Positions 8,804 to 18,294 of a stretch of DNA of 25,449 bases are shown piece after piece. Position numbers and translations under genes: made by a program. The notes under the pieces are model-generated. The model searched no databases. It saw only the letters and a program-made list of their open reading frames with translations, and was not told the DNA's origin. Within the stretch, counting starts at the first letter, position 1. Every line of letters begins with the position of its first letter. Source of the stretch: a virus (lineage: Duplodnaviria; Caudoviricetes); IMG/VR virus record IMGVR_UViG_3300037465_000306, positions 1 through 25,449 of that record; one strand, written 5' to 3'.

Positions 8804-9832
8804 CTACGATAGAGCATTGTTAAAATCGTAATACCACATAAATTCCTCTTCAAAATTGAGGATACCACTGGTAGAGCTAATGGTTACCTGCTCATACTCA
8901 AGCGACCCACGCCGGAAAGGCTCAATTGGCCGTCGTGCAAAAAAGTGCCTTTCAGGGTTGTAAGTAGTTGCTTTGAATACTATACGATCATTAGAATTTG
9001 AGTAATACGCGTTACCCGCCTCGTTCCACACATATTTATTTAATTCCGATCCTTGCAATTCATTGTGTATGCTGATCGAATTAATCCCCAGCCCCAATTC
9101 ACTAGAACGCAACATCTGCTGTACCGTCATTCCTATGGATTCACCAGCAGAAGTTTTATAAATCTCTACCAAACGTCTACCCAGTCTGGGAGGTACTTTC
9201 ATCTGTACCTGTGCAGGGGTAGATAGTTTTGCACGATTCACGAATTGCCAGATGATGTCAGTTAAGTCTTCGTACAATGTAGCCGTGCTTATATTATACG
9301 CACCAGATGATTTGGCATATGGTGCAAAAGTAGCATCAGCAGTTGCTATTCCTCTTTGAGAAAAAATACCGTAAATTCCCTTTTTAGGATATCCATACAA
9401 AACCGTGTGGTGTTCCCTACGGTTCATATAATCGGCTACAGCATCTTGTTTGGCGGCGATGATGTTGATCGACGGCAGCATAGTACGTGTCTCAGCTGCG
9501 ACCCGCATTTTTTCAATATCCATTAAATTCCATCTAGCGCCCTGGATAAAGATCGCGCAAGGGAATGATTTTTTTCCTAGCGAAATATCTACAGTGGGTG
9601 CATCATCACTAAATCCATCATATAAAGCTGCCATCTGCCCCGCATCAGACTTATAGTAGGCTTCTAAAAAGTCTAATCCTAAAGGCAAATCCCCGAAAGC
9701 CACGTGAAAATTAAGACTACTATCTAATCCCCATAATTGGGCGTAATTAATCTCATAGAGGCGGGGTAAAGTTTTGGTCAGTTGCTCTTTCAAAAACCAT
9801 CCGATCTTATTTACATTTGCGGGAAAAACCAT
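8804..9832 (-). CDS. Major capsid protein (DUF2184-like, HK97 fold)
   Basis: 342 aa; 'FLKEQL...LPRLYEINY', 'VLYG...GIYGIF' pattern; canonical DUF2213, cement, capsid order. Confidence 0.8.
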   Translation of the reverse strand: MVFPANVNKIGWFLKEQLTKTLPRLYEINYAQLWGLDSSLNFHVAFGDLPLGLDFLEAYYKSDAGQMAALYDGFSDDAPTVDISLGKKSFPCAIFIQGARWNLMDIEKMRVAAETRTMLPSINIIAAKQDAVADYMNRREHHTVLYGYPKKGIYGIFSQRGIATADATFAPYAKSSGAYNISTATLYEDLTDIIWQFVNRAKLSTPAQVQMKVPPRLGRRLVEIYKTSAGESIGMTVQQMLRSSELGLGINSISIHNELQGSELNKYVWNEAGNAYYSNSNDRIVFKATTYNPERHFFARRPIEPFRRGSLEYEQVTISSTSGILNFEEEFMWYYDFNNALS

Positions 9833-9871
9833 GTTGCTTCTCTGATTGATTTGTGGATTTAGAGGATTGAA

Positions 9872-10399
9872 TTAGATAATATCTGGTAACGATACTCTAA
9901 CCAAACCTGCTGCTGAGGTTTGGTCAAGGAATTTAGCACCAGGAATAGCTTCTTTACCAGTGCCAGAAGTTTTACTTAGCGCACCTATACGAGTCAAGCT
10001 CGCATCAGATGTATGGCGTAGGAATACAGGATCACCCACATCAACCGCTACCTCCGCGTACATAACAATATCACCCTCTTGCACTAGGGTAACGATATCG
10101 TTATCAGCATAATTAAAGCAATTTAATACAGAATCCCAAGACAAAAAACGTTGAAAATTAAGTGCGGTTACACCTAAAATTTTTGTTCCTGCTGTTGTGG
10201 GTTTCGATACTTTCAAAATTCCCAAAGAGTCTACGGATCCCGTAACAAATACCCCCGCCTCTAATGTTCCATTTGCTAGAGGTTCAAAAGTACTAAATCG
10301 GTATTGTCTACCTATTAATGATATAATTTGCCCTTGCCATTTCTCAGGTACAATAGGCGGGGTATTTACGTTGTAGGATAAATTAATTCCGGTTGCCAT
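9872..10399 (-). CDS. Capsid decoration/cement protein
   Basis: 175 aa between protease and capsid; 'ILGV....Y...D.V.LVQEGDI.....AV.VGDPVFLR...IPGAKF' pattern. Confidence 0.7.
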   Translation of the reverse strand: MATGINLSYNVNTPPIVPEKWQGQIISLIGRQYRFSTFEPLANGTLEAGVFVTGSVDSLGILKVSKPTTAGTKILGVTALNFQRFLSWDSVLNCFNYADNDIVTLVQEGDIVMYAEVAVDVGDPVFLRHTSDASLTRIGALSKTSGTGKEAIPGAKFLDQTSAAGLVRVSLPDII

Positions 10400-10438
10400 T
10401 TTCTTAATACCTAAAATTTAATCGGTTAAGCTGCTTTA

Positions 10439-11362
10439 CTAAAGCTTTCCTTCCATCTTTGCAATGTATTTGCTTCTGATCACTTCTAAATCAGAATCAA
10501 AATTCATTGATCCGTGTGGGCTGTTTTGATTTTTTCTGCTGTATTCAGATCCATCATCATTTTTAGTTGTTTCGGGATGGGAATTGCTAATAAAATTGAG
10601 CCAAAAACCCTGTAAAATAGCATCATTATTGAGTGCTTTAATGGTTTTTTCTGGATAGTAAATGCTCAGAATTTGACGCTTGATAGCATTAGAATCAGCA
10701 TTATAATCAATGGCTATGCTATTTTTTTCTAGTACTTCTCTCCAATCAGTTAATAATTCTACTCTTTCTTGAATTTCCATTGCATCAATGTTATTTACTG
10801 GCTTTTCTTTTTTATTTTCTATATCATCAGAATCGGCTTGAGGCGGGGTATCATCTAGGATAATAATTTTACTATTTTCGCCTGCTCTAGGTGAAAACTC
10901 TTTGGTGAGCAATGCAATATGGTTATATTTCCGGTTTGTTTGCTCAAGAATACCGTCGTCATTTGGTTTTTTCTCAGCCAAATATGATGCGCTAACGTGT
11001 GTGATTTCCTCTTTCATGATGGCTTGAACTGTAGCATCATCATGAACAATACCCGCCAAAACTAAAGCACCATTTTCATCTTCTGAATACTCTTGTAATA
11101 GAGTACCTTTGCTATATTCTCGGTAATTTTTGGAGTTGATAGGCCTTGGTGGGTGATTCAATGAAATTGGTTTACCCACAGCAGTTGACAGGGAATCCTC
11201 ATTAAAAAGCGCATCTTTGTTAATAACTTCCTTACGCCCGCCATCGTATACCAATTCTTGACCGGGGATACCCCCAATCATCCAGAATTTTAAATATCCC
11301 TCGGGTGTTATCTCATAATTTTTAATTTGATAAGAATCAGAATTAAGTTGTAACTTAGCCAT
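10439..11362 (-). CDS. DUF2213-family prohead protease/scaffold
   Basis: ITPEGYL...LFNEDSLST..GKPISLNHP...YNHIALL....RAG, followed by an acidic, helical C-terminus. Confidence 0.88.
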   Translation of the reverse strand: MAKLQLNSDSYQIKNYEITPEGYLKFWMIGGIPGQELVYDGGRKEVINKDALFNEDSLSTAVGKPISLNHPPRPINSKNYREYSKGTLLQEYSEDENGALVLAGIVHDDATVQAIMKEEITHVSASYLAEKKPNDDGILEQTNRKYNHIALLTKEFSPRAGENSKIIILDDTPPQADSDDIENKKEKPVNNIDAMEIQERVELLTDWREVLEKNSIAIDYNADSNAIKRQILSIYYPEKTIKALNNDAILQGFWLNFISNSHPETTKNDDGSEYSRKNQNSPHGSMNFDSDLEVIRSKYIAKMEGKL

Positions 11363-11379
11363 AAGTTTTATTTATCAGA

Positions 11380-11428
11380 ATTATAAGGTATTGTATTATT
11401 TGTGACAACAAAATGCAATACAATACCT
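11380..11428 (-). promoter_or_regulatory. Promoter of the head operon with a 12-bp inverted repeat
   Basis: Minus strand TTGTCA (11408-11403), 17-nt spacer, TATAAT (11385-11380). AGGTATTGTATT (11386-11397) and AATACAATACCT (11417-11428). Confidence 0.7.
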
Positions 11429-11449
11429 AAAAATGTGTAGTAAAGCTGC

Positions 11450-13108
11450 TTAACTGATATCTATCGTCTTTTTCGGGTAAAACTTAGAATAAAGACCAAA
11501 CATCAAAGCTTTGATAAATCTACTAAAATCTAAATTATTAGTCCAATTACCTTGTAAAGCGTCCACGGTGGTCGCACTGCCACGAACAACATAATTGAAG
11601 CGGGGATCTATAATCGGATCTGCTGGAGGGGTTGTCCCGGTTGTGGCAAAAGCATACAAATGTTGGATCCCGCCTCTAATACCATTACCCCAATTGATGT
11701 AATTGAAGGGTATATTTGCATTATCTACAGTGCCAACAAATAAAGGATTAAATGTATCTAATAAATCTTTATTAGTAAAATTTATGGTTTCGTATAATGC
11801 TATACAAAATGCTATATCGGCTCTAATTTTATTACCAGATTTATTGCCCTCTGTAATAAAAGTATTACCTAAATTTTGATTATAATTAGGGTTTAATGCT
11901 TTTGCATATTGATCTAGTTGCGTTCCTGTTAATAAACTAAGTGTGCCTTTAATATTAGTTGATATTGTTAGTGTATCTGTTGGATCTGGGAGCCGGGTAT
12001 TGCCCAGATAAGCTACCGTGAATGTTGCAAAATCCGCGGAAACTTTTGATATTGGATAGCCTGTTAATTCACTTATCCATCCATTATTACCATCAACTCT
12101 ATGTATACATTTAGTACACCGATAAAAACCGGCATGACTACCATAATCAGGATTTAATAAAAATACATTACCTGCTGTAAATTCTGGCAATCCAGATGAA
12201 TTAATAGTGACTTCAAACCCTTCTAAATAATCTTGTAAAATTCTGGCTCGTAATCTACGTGTTGCCGATTCTATATTGTTATACGCATCATTAAAATCTA
12301 TATTGTCAACTTTATTATTCAATTGTGTGTATGGTGTAGGTCGTGATAAAGCGATCGAGTATGCATCAGCATTATCACGATTAATATAAAAAATATTATA
12401 TTCTTTGTAAAGGCGAGTATAACTCTGTTTGGCGTTAAATCCGAATATTTCGCCAAAATCCCAAACATAAAATCTGGTGACATCACTAACAGCAGTCCCG
12501 ATGTCAAACATTCTTAGCGTCTTTCCTCTCAAATCTCCATAATAACCGTATGTATCGCAGATATATTTAAGCATATCTGCATAAGAATTAAATGAAATTC
12601 TGCATACATTAACATCTGGCGGATTGATATTATTAATATCTTTTATAGTTCCTAGATACACATTAGAGGCAAAGTTTTGAACAAGTGATAGGCCAAATGC
12701 AGAAGCAAAATTATTCACGGCCGTGCTTATTGTGGTGTTAGTATAAGTCAGCTGATTAAATCCATATGTAAATCCCAGACTAGGATCCGCTGCTAATGCA
12801 GAAACTCTGAATAGTTGATCCCCGCCTCCATTTTTAATATCATCGATGTAGTCTACATAAAATGTAGGAGATTGATATACAAATAATATCAAAGGTTCCC
12901 ACCATAATTTTACGGTTATTGTGTCTTTATATTGCCAAGCGGTTGATCTGGTGTATTTACTATGGAAAATTAATTCCAATTTTGTTGGCGTAAAACTAGT
13001 ATTAAAAACCTCTTCAATGGTAATAGAAACTAAATAAGGTGCAATGGTTTTACTAACATCAAAACCATTTATTTTAATCTCAAATCTTGGATAGTAAAGA
13101 GTAGCCAT
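11450..13108 (-). CDS. Late control D-like baseplate hub fused to a C-terminal glucosaminidase (GH73-like) domain
   Basis: N-terminal 'YPRFEIKINGFDVS..IAPYLVSITIEE' and 'GLPEFTAGN....G.H.G.Y....C.HRVD...GW.SEL' resemble gpD. C-terminal DIAFCIALYET...GIRGGIQHLYAFA...DPRFNYVVRG...L.GNW. Confidence 0.8.
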   Translation of the reverse strand: MATLYYPRFEIKINGFDVSKTIAPYLVSITIEEVFNTSFTPTKLELIFHSKYTRSTAWQYKDTITVKLWWEPLILFVYQSPTFYVDYIDDIKNGGGDQLFRVSALAADPSLGFTYGFNQLTYTNTTISTAVNNFASAFGLSLVQNFASNVYLGTIKDINNINPPDVNVCRISFNSYADMLKYICDTYGYYGDLRGKTLRMFDIGTAVSDVTRFYVWDFGEIFGFNAKQSYTRLYKEYNIFYINRDNADAYSIALSRPTPYTQLNNKVDNIDFNDAYNNIESATRRLRARILQDYLEGFEVTINSSGLPEFTAGNVFLLNPDYGSHAGFYRCTKCIHRVDGNNGWISELTGYPISKVSADFATFTVAYLGNTRLPDPTDTLTISTNIKGTLSLLTGTQLDQYAKALNPNYNQNLGNTFITEGNKSGNKIRADIAFCIALYETINFTNKDLLDTFNPLFVGTVDNANIPFNYINWGNGIRGGIQHLYAFATTGTTPPADPIIDPRFNYVVRGSATTVDALQGNWTNNLDFSRFIKALMFGLYSKFYPKKTIDIS

Positions 13109-13117
13109 AATTTTTGA

Positions 13118-13495
13118 TTAGCCAAAATTTATATTTTCCTTGAATGATAAAGTCATGTCTAATCGTAAAATATCACCATTATCATCTAACTCATTGGTGT
13201 TGATATCTAAACTTATTAAATAATAATTACCTAAGTTACTGGTAAATAATACTAATTGTTCTAGCGGTTTGATTGCGATTAATCCCGTCCAGTTACTGAA
13301 AACAGATCTGGCATTGTATGTAATTCTAGCCTGAACTTCTATTTCTGTAGCTGTTAGATTTCCCGGCTGTGTTATTTCGGTTAAATTAATAGTAGGTATA
13401 CTATTAATTTGAAATTTTTTTGACCATCTAATATTTAAAACCTCTTCGGATGATAAAGACAAAACAGAACCATAAGCTAATGCAATGTAACCCAT
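13118..13495 (-). CDS. P2 gpU-like tail/baseplate initiator
   Basis: 125 aa directly after the tape measure; C-terminal 'GNYYLISL......DNGDILRLDMTLSFKE'. Confidence 0.65.
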   Translation of the reverse strand: MGYIALAYGSVLSLSSEEVLNIRWSKKFQINSIPTINLTEITQPGNLTATEIEVQARITYNARSVFSNWTGLIAIKPLEQLVLFTSNLGNYYLISLDINTNELDDNGDILRLDMTLSFKENINFG

Positions 13496-15468
13496 TAATA
13501 CGTTCTCCTGTTAACTCGCTGATTGCCTTTATTGATAATATCTAGTAAATCTCTATCCCTCTGTTTAAGCTGCTTAACTAAATCATCATTGCCGCCACCA
13601 TTAATAGTGTAGTTAATGTTGAAAGTATTATTAGAGGCGGGGGGTGCCGAGTTTCTACTAAAGATCGGTGCTGGTTGTAGTCCCCCAGCACCCACCCCGC
13701 CTCTATTAGCCAATTGATTATTAATGCCCTTGTTTAAGTCAAAGCTGTTAACACCATTCATAAAAGTTTCAGCCATACTACGCCCGCTAGCTGTTAGATC
13801 TGATAATGCCCCCTTCTTGGCATCAGATGAGGGCAAATACTGCCTCAGCCATTTAGTGAAATTATCCATAGCTGATTGAATATTGCCGTACATCGATTGC
13901 AATCCATCAATAAATCCTTGGATCAATCCTCTACCCCAATTAATAGCAGCTTCTCTGAATTTTCTATCTAGACTTATTACCCAATTACCAAACTCTACTA
14001 TTTTATTAATACCATTACTGACAAAATCTGAAACTGATTTATACGCACTATTCCATAAACCTGTAAAAAATCCCTTTATAGGTTCCCAATTTTTGTATAT
14101 CAGATAAGCTGCACCGGCGATCGCACCTATTATTGCAATTATCGGTAATAGCGGAGCTAATGCTGCCCATAGGCCCACACCTACAGCGGTAATACCACCA
14201 AGTAAAATAGGAATAGCCGTTATAAAACCACCAATAGCTGATACTAACATCAAGAATGGGGCAATAGCTGCTGAAATACCCAAAAATGCAGCTATAAAAG
14301 TACTCAATTGGGGATATTGATCAACCAATGCAGAGATGTATTTTACAAAGGGTATAATAGCAGTTTGTAGTAGAGTATTTAATCCAGGTAAAATAGCCGT
14401 ACCGATGGTTATTCCTAATTCACCTAATGAATTATTAAAAGCGTTCATCTGTCCTTCAAAGGAATTTTTAGCAAATTTATCAAATTCACTATTAAGCTTA
14501 TTAATGTTACCTGTGGTGTTTCCTGCTTCTTGTAAAGATTTAGCTAATAAATCCGTTTGTTGCACCAATAATTGTGCTGATCCTACATGTTCCTGCCCAA
14601 AAATTCTTCCTAAAATCTCACGCTGGGTAACAGTATCTAACTGTTTGACGCGATTTAGAAATTCTTGCATTGTACCGATCGCATCTTTATCAAATCTCTT
14701 TGATAAATCGGTAGCTGAGTATCCTATTTTTAATAATGCTCTTTGTGCTGGCCCGCTTAAGTTAGTAGCCGCACCTAAAACAGATAAATATTTATTCATA
14801 AATGTCGCAGCTGTCTCCGGCGCTTTACCAGAACTGATTAAAGTTGCGCCAAAAGCAGCAATTTGGGTACCAGCAATCTTGGCAGAACTAGCCGATCCTG
14901 ATACCCTCTGAGTGAAATTTAATATCTCATTAGATGTTGCTGATGTGGAGTCATCTAATTTATTAACTGCTGCTAGATATTCCTCTATAGATTTTGTATT
15001 GAATTTATAAACTGAGGCTATTTTTGCAGCATTACTTGATATTTTTTCTATATTTTCTTTCTGATCAGTAGCTACTGCTACTTTTGCCATGGCCCCAGCA
15101 AAATCATCTACATCAGATTTAGCAACCCCTAATTTACCCGCCTCTGTAACGATATTAGCCAATTCAGTAGATGAGAATTGATATTGTAGATCGGCTGATA
15201 ATTTTCTTACGGATTTCCTAAATCCTTCTACCTCATTAGCGGCCAGATCCAAACCTCTAACCGCACCCTGGATCGATTTATCAAAATCGGCTGCTAATTT
15301 GGTAGATACACCTAAAGCAGCACCCGCAGCAATAGAAAGCGGGGTGAAAGCACCCGCAAGGGTATCAACTCTATTTTTAAAGCTGTCTACTTTACTAGTG
15401 GCTTGATCAATCCCTTTAGAAAAATTATTTACTAATTGTAATACCACATTAATAACTTCAGTTGCCAT
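13495..15468 (-). CDS. Tail tape measure protein (TP901-type core)
   Basis: 657 aa, Ala-rich and helical; 'STELANIVTEAGKLGV', 'VNKLDDSTSATSNEI', hydrophobic stretch, 'LIYKNWEPIKGFF', 'LPSSDAKKGALSDL'. Confidence 0.92.
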   Translation of the reverse strand: MATEVINVVLQLVNNFSKGIDQATSKVDSFKNRVDTLAGAFTPLSIAAGAALGVSTKLAADFDKSIQGAVRGLDLAANEVEGFRKSVRKLSADLQYQFSSTELANIVTEAGKLGVAKSDVDDFAGAMAKVAVATDQKENIEKISSNAAKIASVYKFNTKSIEEYLAAVNKLDDSTSATSNEILNFTQRVSGSASSAKIAGTQIAAFGATLISSGKAPETAATFMNKYLSVLGAATNLSGPAQRALLKIGYSATDLSKRFDKDAIGTMQEFLNRVKQLDTVTQREILGRIFGQEHVGSAQLLVQQTDLLAKSLQEAGNTTGNINKLNSEFDKFAKNSFEGQMNAFNNSLGELGITIGTAILPGLNTLLQTAIIPFVKYISALVDQYPQLSTFIAAFLGISAAIAPFLMLVSAIGGFITAIPILLGGITAVGVGLWAALAPLLPIIAIIGAIAGAAYLIYKNWEPIKGFFTGLWNSAYKSVSDFVSNGINKIVEFGNWVISLDRKFREAAINWGRGLIQGFIDGLQSMYGNIQSAMDNFTKWLRQYLPSSDAKKGALSDLTASGRSMAETFMNGVNSFDLNKGINNQLANRGGVGAGGLQPAPIFSRNSAPPASNNTFNINYTINGGGNDDLVKQLKQRDRDLLDIINKGNQRVNRRTY

Positions 15469-15606
15469 CGCCCCGCCTCAATTTCAATGTTGTTTTTGTT
15501 GATAGTAAAGCAGCTTTACCAGAAGAGCCCTCGCCCCGCCTCACCTAGTAAAGCAGCTTTACCAGAAGAGCCACACCCCGCCTCAATCTCAATGTTGTTT
15601 TTGTTG
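15468..15606. repeat. Composite repeat cluster: three CCCCGCCTC and two palindromes within 31-bp and 27-bp direct repeats
   Basis: 15471-15501 vs 15576-15606 (30/31 identical); 15503-15529 = 15546-15572; 15468-15480 = 15531-15543. Confidence 0.9.
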
Positions 15607-15667
15607 TTGCTGCTTTATTTGCTTTTTAACAAATTTAATTGCTTCTTTATGCCAGTAGATCCAAGCT

Positions 15668-16189
15668 TCAGGCGATAATTGTTCCGGGATCTGGATCGAA
15701 TAGCTCATCAATATGAAATTCGTCGCTAAATTCGGACAATTCGCCAAGAAAAAAATTAATTTTATTAAATAAATAAGCCGCTACTTGATAGGGCATATTT
15801 TCCAATTCGGAAATACTAATATCATAAAATTCTAATAGACAGTATTTCATGATTTTTAATGTGTTGCCATTAGCTATTTTCACAAAAGCTTGCAATTCAG
15901 CTACAAAATCTCTAGACAAACGTTTTGTTTTTATGTAATTTCCTTCTATTTCTATTCCTGTGTTGTCTTCAGAGGCGGGGGTGATGTTGTTAGTAAAAAT
16001 ACTACTAGTTAGTTTGATATAAATATCTGTTTTTAGGCGGCTAATTTCCTCTATTGTTATTGGCCGATCGTCGATCAAGACAAATTGCTCTATAGCCCAT
16101 TCTTGGGCTAATTTGGTATTGATAATAGTTCTTTGTGTGAATTCAAAAAAGTCTTTTCCTGTTCGGGGTTTGATGTTAATTTTTGGCAT
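15668..16189 (-). CDS. Tail assembly chaperone, probably with a frameshifted longer form ending at 15589
   Basis: Immediately upstream of the tape measure; T7 run at N-F-F (15755-15749); an open overlapping frame follows. Confidence 0.7.
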   Translation of the reverse strand: MPKINIKPRTGKDFFEFTQRTIINTKLAQEWAIEQFVLIDDRPITIEEISRLKTDIYIKLTSSIFTNNITPASEDNTGIEIEGNYIKTKRLSRDFVAELQAFVKIANGNTLKIMKYCLLEFYDISISELENMPYQVAAYLFNKINFFLGELSEFSDEFHIDELFDPDPGTIIA

Positions 16190-16290
16190 AAATTCAATTC
16201 ATCCGGATTACACATTTTTGTTGTATCTATTGTATTCGTCCCCGTATCAGGGTTACAATGGCTACATCAAAAATACTATAACATAATCTT
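16190..16290. promoter_or_regulatory. Divergent promoter region between the tail operon and the packaging operon
   Basis: Non-coding gap between divergent starts (16189 on -, 16291 on +). On +: TTGTAT (16230-16235), 18-nt spacer, TACAAT (16254-16259). Confidence 0.55.
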
Positions 16291-16860
16291 ATGGGTTTAA
16301 CGCCGGAACAGCAAAGATTTTTATCTCGATATATTAATAATAAAGGGGATTTCTACAAAACCATAGAATCTATGGGTTTGGACGCTTCGCATATCATCTC
16401 ATGGCAACAAACCTATAAAGAATTTGAAAATCAGTTTAGAGAAACAAAGCGTATAGTTCTGCAACATCTTAAAGATGAGAATTATATGATGTCATTACTT
16501 AGAATTAATGAAGCTCTACAGAATGGTATAACTCAGCACACAATTACACAGAAACACCGCATCATTGATGATGATGGTAATAGTGAATTTGAAACTACAA
16601 GAACCACCAAGCATCTAGGTGTTCCCGCTTGGGCAATACAAGAATCATTAAAAGAGTCGAGCATTGTCAAAGCCGTTAACACATTAGCCTCAGAGGGTGT
16701 AATACCTAGCGCGATCGCTAGAAAAATATTAAATTCTGCTAATAAAATCAGCAATGAGATTATTGAATCATTTGATATTTCCCCCGATGCTGAATTTATT
16801 AATGATAAGAAAGCGATCGCACTAATCAAGGCTGCTATTTTAGGAGAGGGCGATGCTTAA
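16291..16860 (+). CDS. terS: Putative terminase small subunit
   Basis: 189 aa; N-terminal HTH-like LTPEQQRFL...W....EF; overlaps the start of terL. Confidence 0.6.
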   Translation: MGLTPEQQRFLSRYINNKGDFYKTIESMGLDASHIISWQQTYKEFENQFRETKRIVLQHLKDENYMMSLLRINEALQNGITQHTITQKHRIIDDDGNSEFETTRTTKHLGVPAWAIQESLKESSIVKAVNTLASEGVIPSAIARKILNSANKISNEIIESFDISPDAEFINDKKAIALIKAAILGEGDA

Positions 16861-18265
16861 AGGTTTGATAATAAATATGGGTGATTTAGTTAAAAAAAAT
16901 TTAAATAGAAGACAAGAGACAAATATAGATCTTATTGATGAGACTTTTTGGCAAGGAACACCCATTTTTTGCCCATATCAAAATATACTAGTTACTGATG
17001 AATCATTAGTCTCAATTGTTGAGAAAGGGCGACAAATTGGGGCATCTTTTTCTTATGCTTTTAGGGCATCTTTTAGAGCAATTTGTAATCAAAGAGATAG
17101 TATTATAACCAGTTATAACAAAGCAGCCGTTAAGCAATTTATCAAAGATGCGGCATATTGGGCCAGAACATTTAATACTATATTTGAAATTATTTCTTAT
17201 CAGGAAGTAGTCAATGAGAGAGACTTAAACATATTTGAAATTAGATTTTTAAACGGAAGAACTATTACGGGTTTAGCCGGGGATGCAGTTAACCTCAGGT
17301 CATATTCTGGTAGGGATATCTATATTGATGAGGCGGCTTATCGTGCTGATTCATTGGATGATATTCTAGCTGCTGGTTTAGCGGCGATTATCCACGGTGG
17401 TACTATCAGGATACTTTCGACTCATGCGGGTATTGATAGCGACTTCAATCAGTTAATAGAAAGTGTAAAAGCGGGTAATCTGCCATACACACATCATAGA
17501 GTTAGTTTCAAGCAAGCTGTTAGAGAGGGATTATTTAAGCGGGTTTGTGCAAAGAAAAAGGATATATGGTCAATAGAAAAAGAAGAAGAATGGGTTGACG
17601 GTATCTACAAAATGTATGGAAATCGCGCTAGTGAAGAATTGGATGCGGAGCCAAGCGATTATAGCCAAGGGGGAAAAATATTTAAGGATTTCCAATTTAT
17701 TGATACTAGCGATCTATCACCCTGGCAATACATTGAATTTAGATATCACGATCTAGCCGCATCCGATGACGACGATGATAAAAATGATAGTCTGTACTAT
17801 TCTGCATCAGTCAAAATTAGATATATTCTGAGCACCAATAAAATGTCCATCATTGATTGGACAGCTGAAAAATTATCACCATTAGAAGGTGATGCACAAA
17901 TTGAAAGATTAGCACTTGCTGATGGTTCTAGATCGGTGCAATTGATTGAATTAGAGCCTGGATCAACTGGTGAGAAATATGTAGCAATCATGCAAGATAG
18001 GCTAATCAAAAAAGGTATTTTTCAGGTATTTGGATATAGGCCTTCTATAGATAAAGTCAAACGCGCTATTCCAGCAGGGAATGCCATGTGTGCAGGTGAT
18101 TTGATGATTGAGGCGGGGATGAGAGATCGTGATCAATTTTGCAAATTAATTACTAAATTTTCTAATAAAAGGCAACCGTTGGTAACGGATTTGGGAGACT
18201 GTATAAGTGGTATTTATGATTATGTGACAAATGAATATAATTGGCTACTTAGTAGTAATGGTTAA
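16853..18265 (+). CDS. terL: Terminase large subunit
   Basis: PYQ adenine-binding motif, Walker A EKGRQIGAS, Walker B IYIDEAA, motif III LST, nuclease RYHDLAA and D..D near the C-terminus. Confidence 0.92.
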   Translation: MLKGLIINMGDLVKKNLNRRQETNIDLIDETFWQGTPIFCPYQNILVTDESLVSIVEKGRQIGASFSYAFRASFRAICNQRDSIITSYNKAAVKQFIKDAAYWARTFNTIFEIISYQEVVNERDLNIFEIRFLNGRTITGLAGDAVNLRSYSGRDIYIDEAAYRADSLDDILAAGLAAIIHGGTIRILSTHAGIDSDFNQLIESVKAGNLPYTHHRVSFKQAVREGLFKRVCAKKKDIWSIEKEEEWVDGIYKMYGNRASEELDAEPSDYSQGGKIFKDFQFIDTSDLSPWQYIEFRYHDLAASDDDDDKNDSLYYSASVKIRYILSTNKMSIIDWTAEKLSPLEGDAQIERLALADGSRSVQLIELEPGSTGEKYVAIMQDRLIKKGIFQVFGYRPSIDKVKRAIPAGNAMCAGDLMIEAGMRDRDQFCKLITKFSNKRQPLVTDLGDCISGIYDYVTNEYNWLLSSNG

Positions 18266-18294
18266 GCTGCTTTACTAGAGAAGAGATTCATCCA

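Noticed and set aside
8804-9832. Encapsulin/linocin nanocompartment
   Set aside because: Embedded among protease, terminase, portal and tail genes, so it is a phage capsid.
15468-15606. CRISPR mini-array
   Set aside because: The intervening segments are themselves duplicated, spacing is irregular and no cas genes are present.
15725-15755. Canonical -1 frameshift in the tail chaperone
   Set aside because: The -1 frame reaches TAG after 7 codons.
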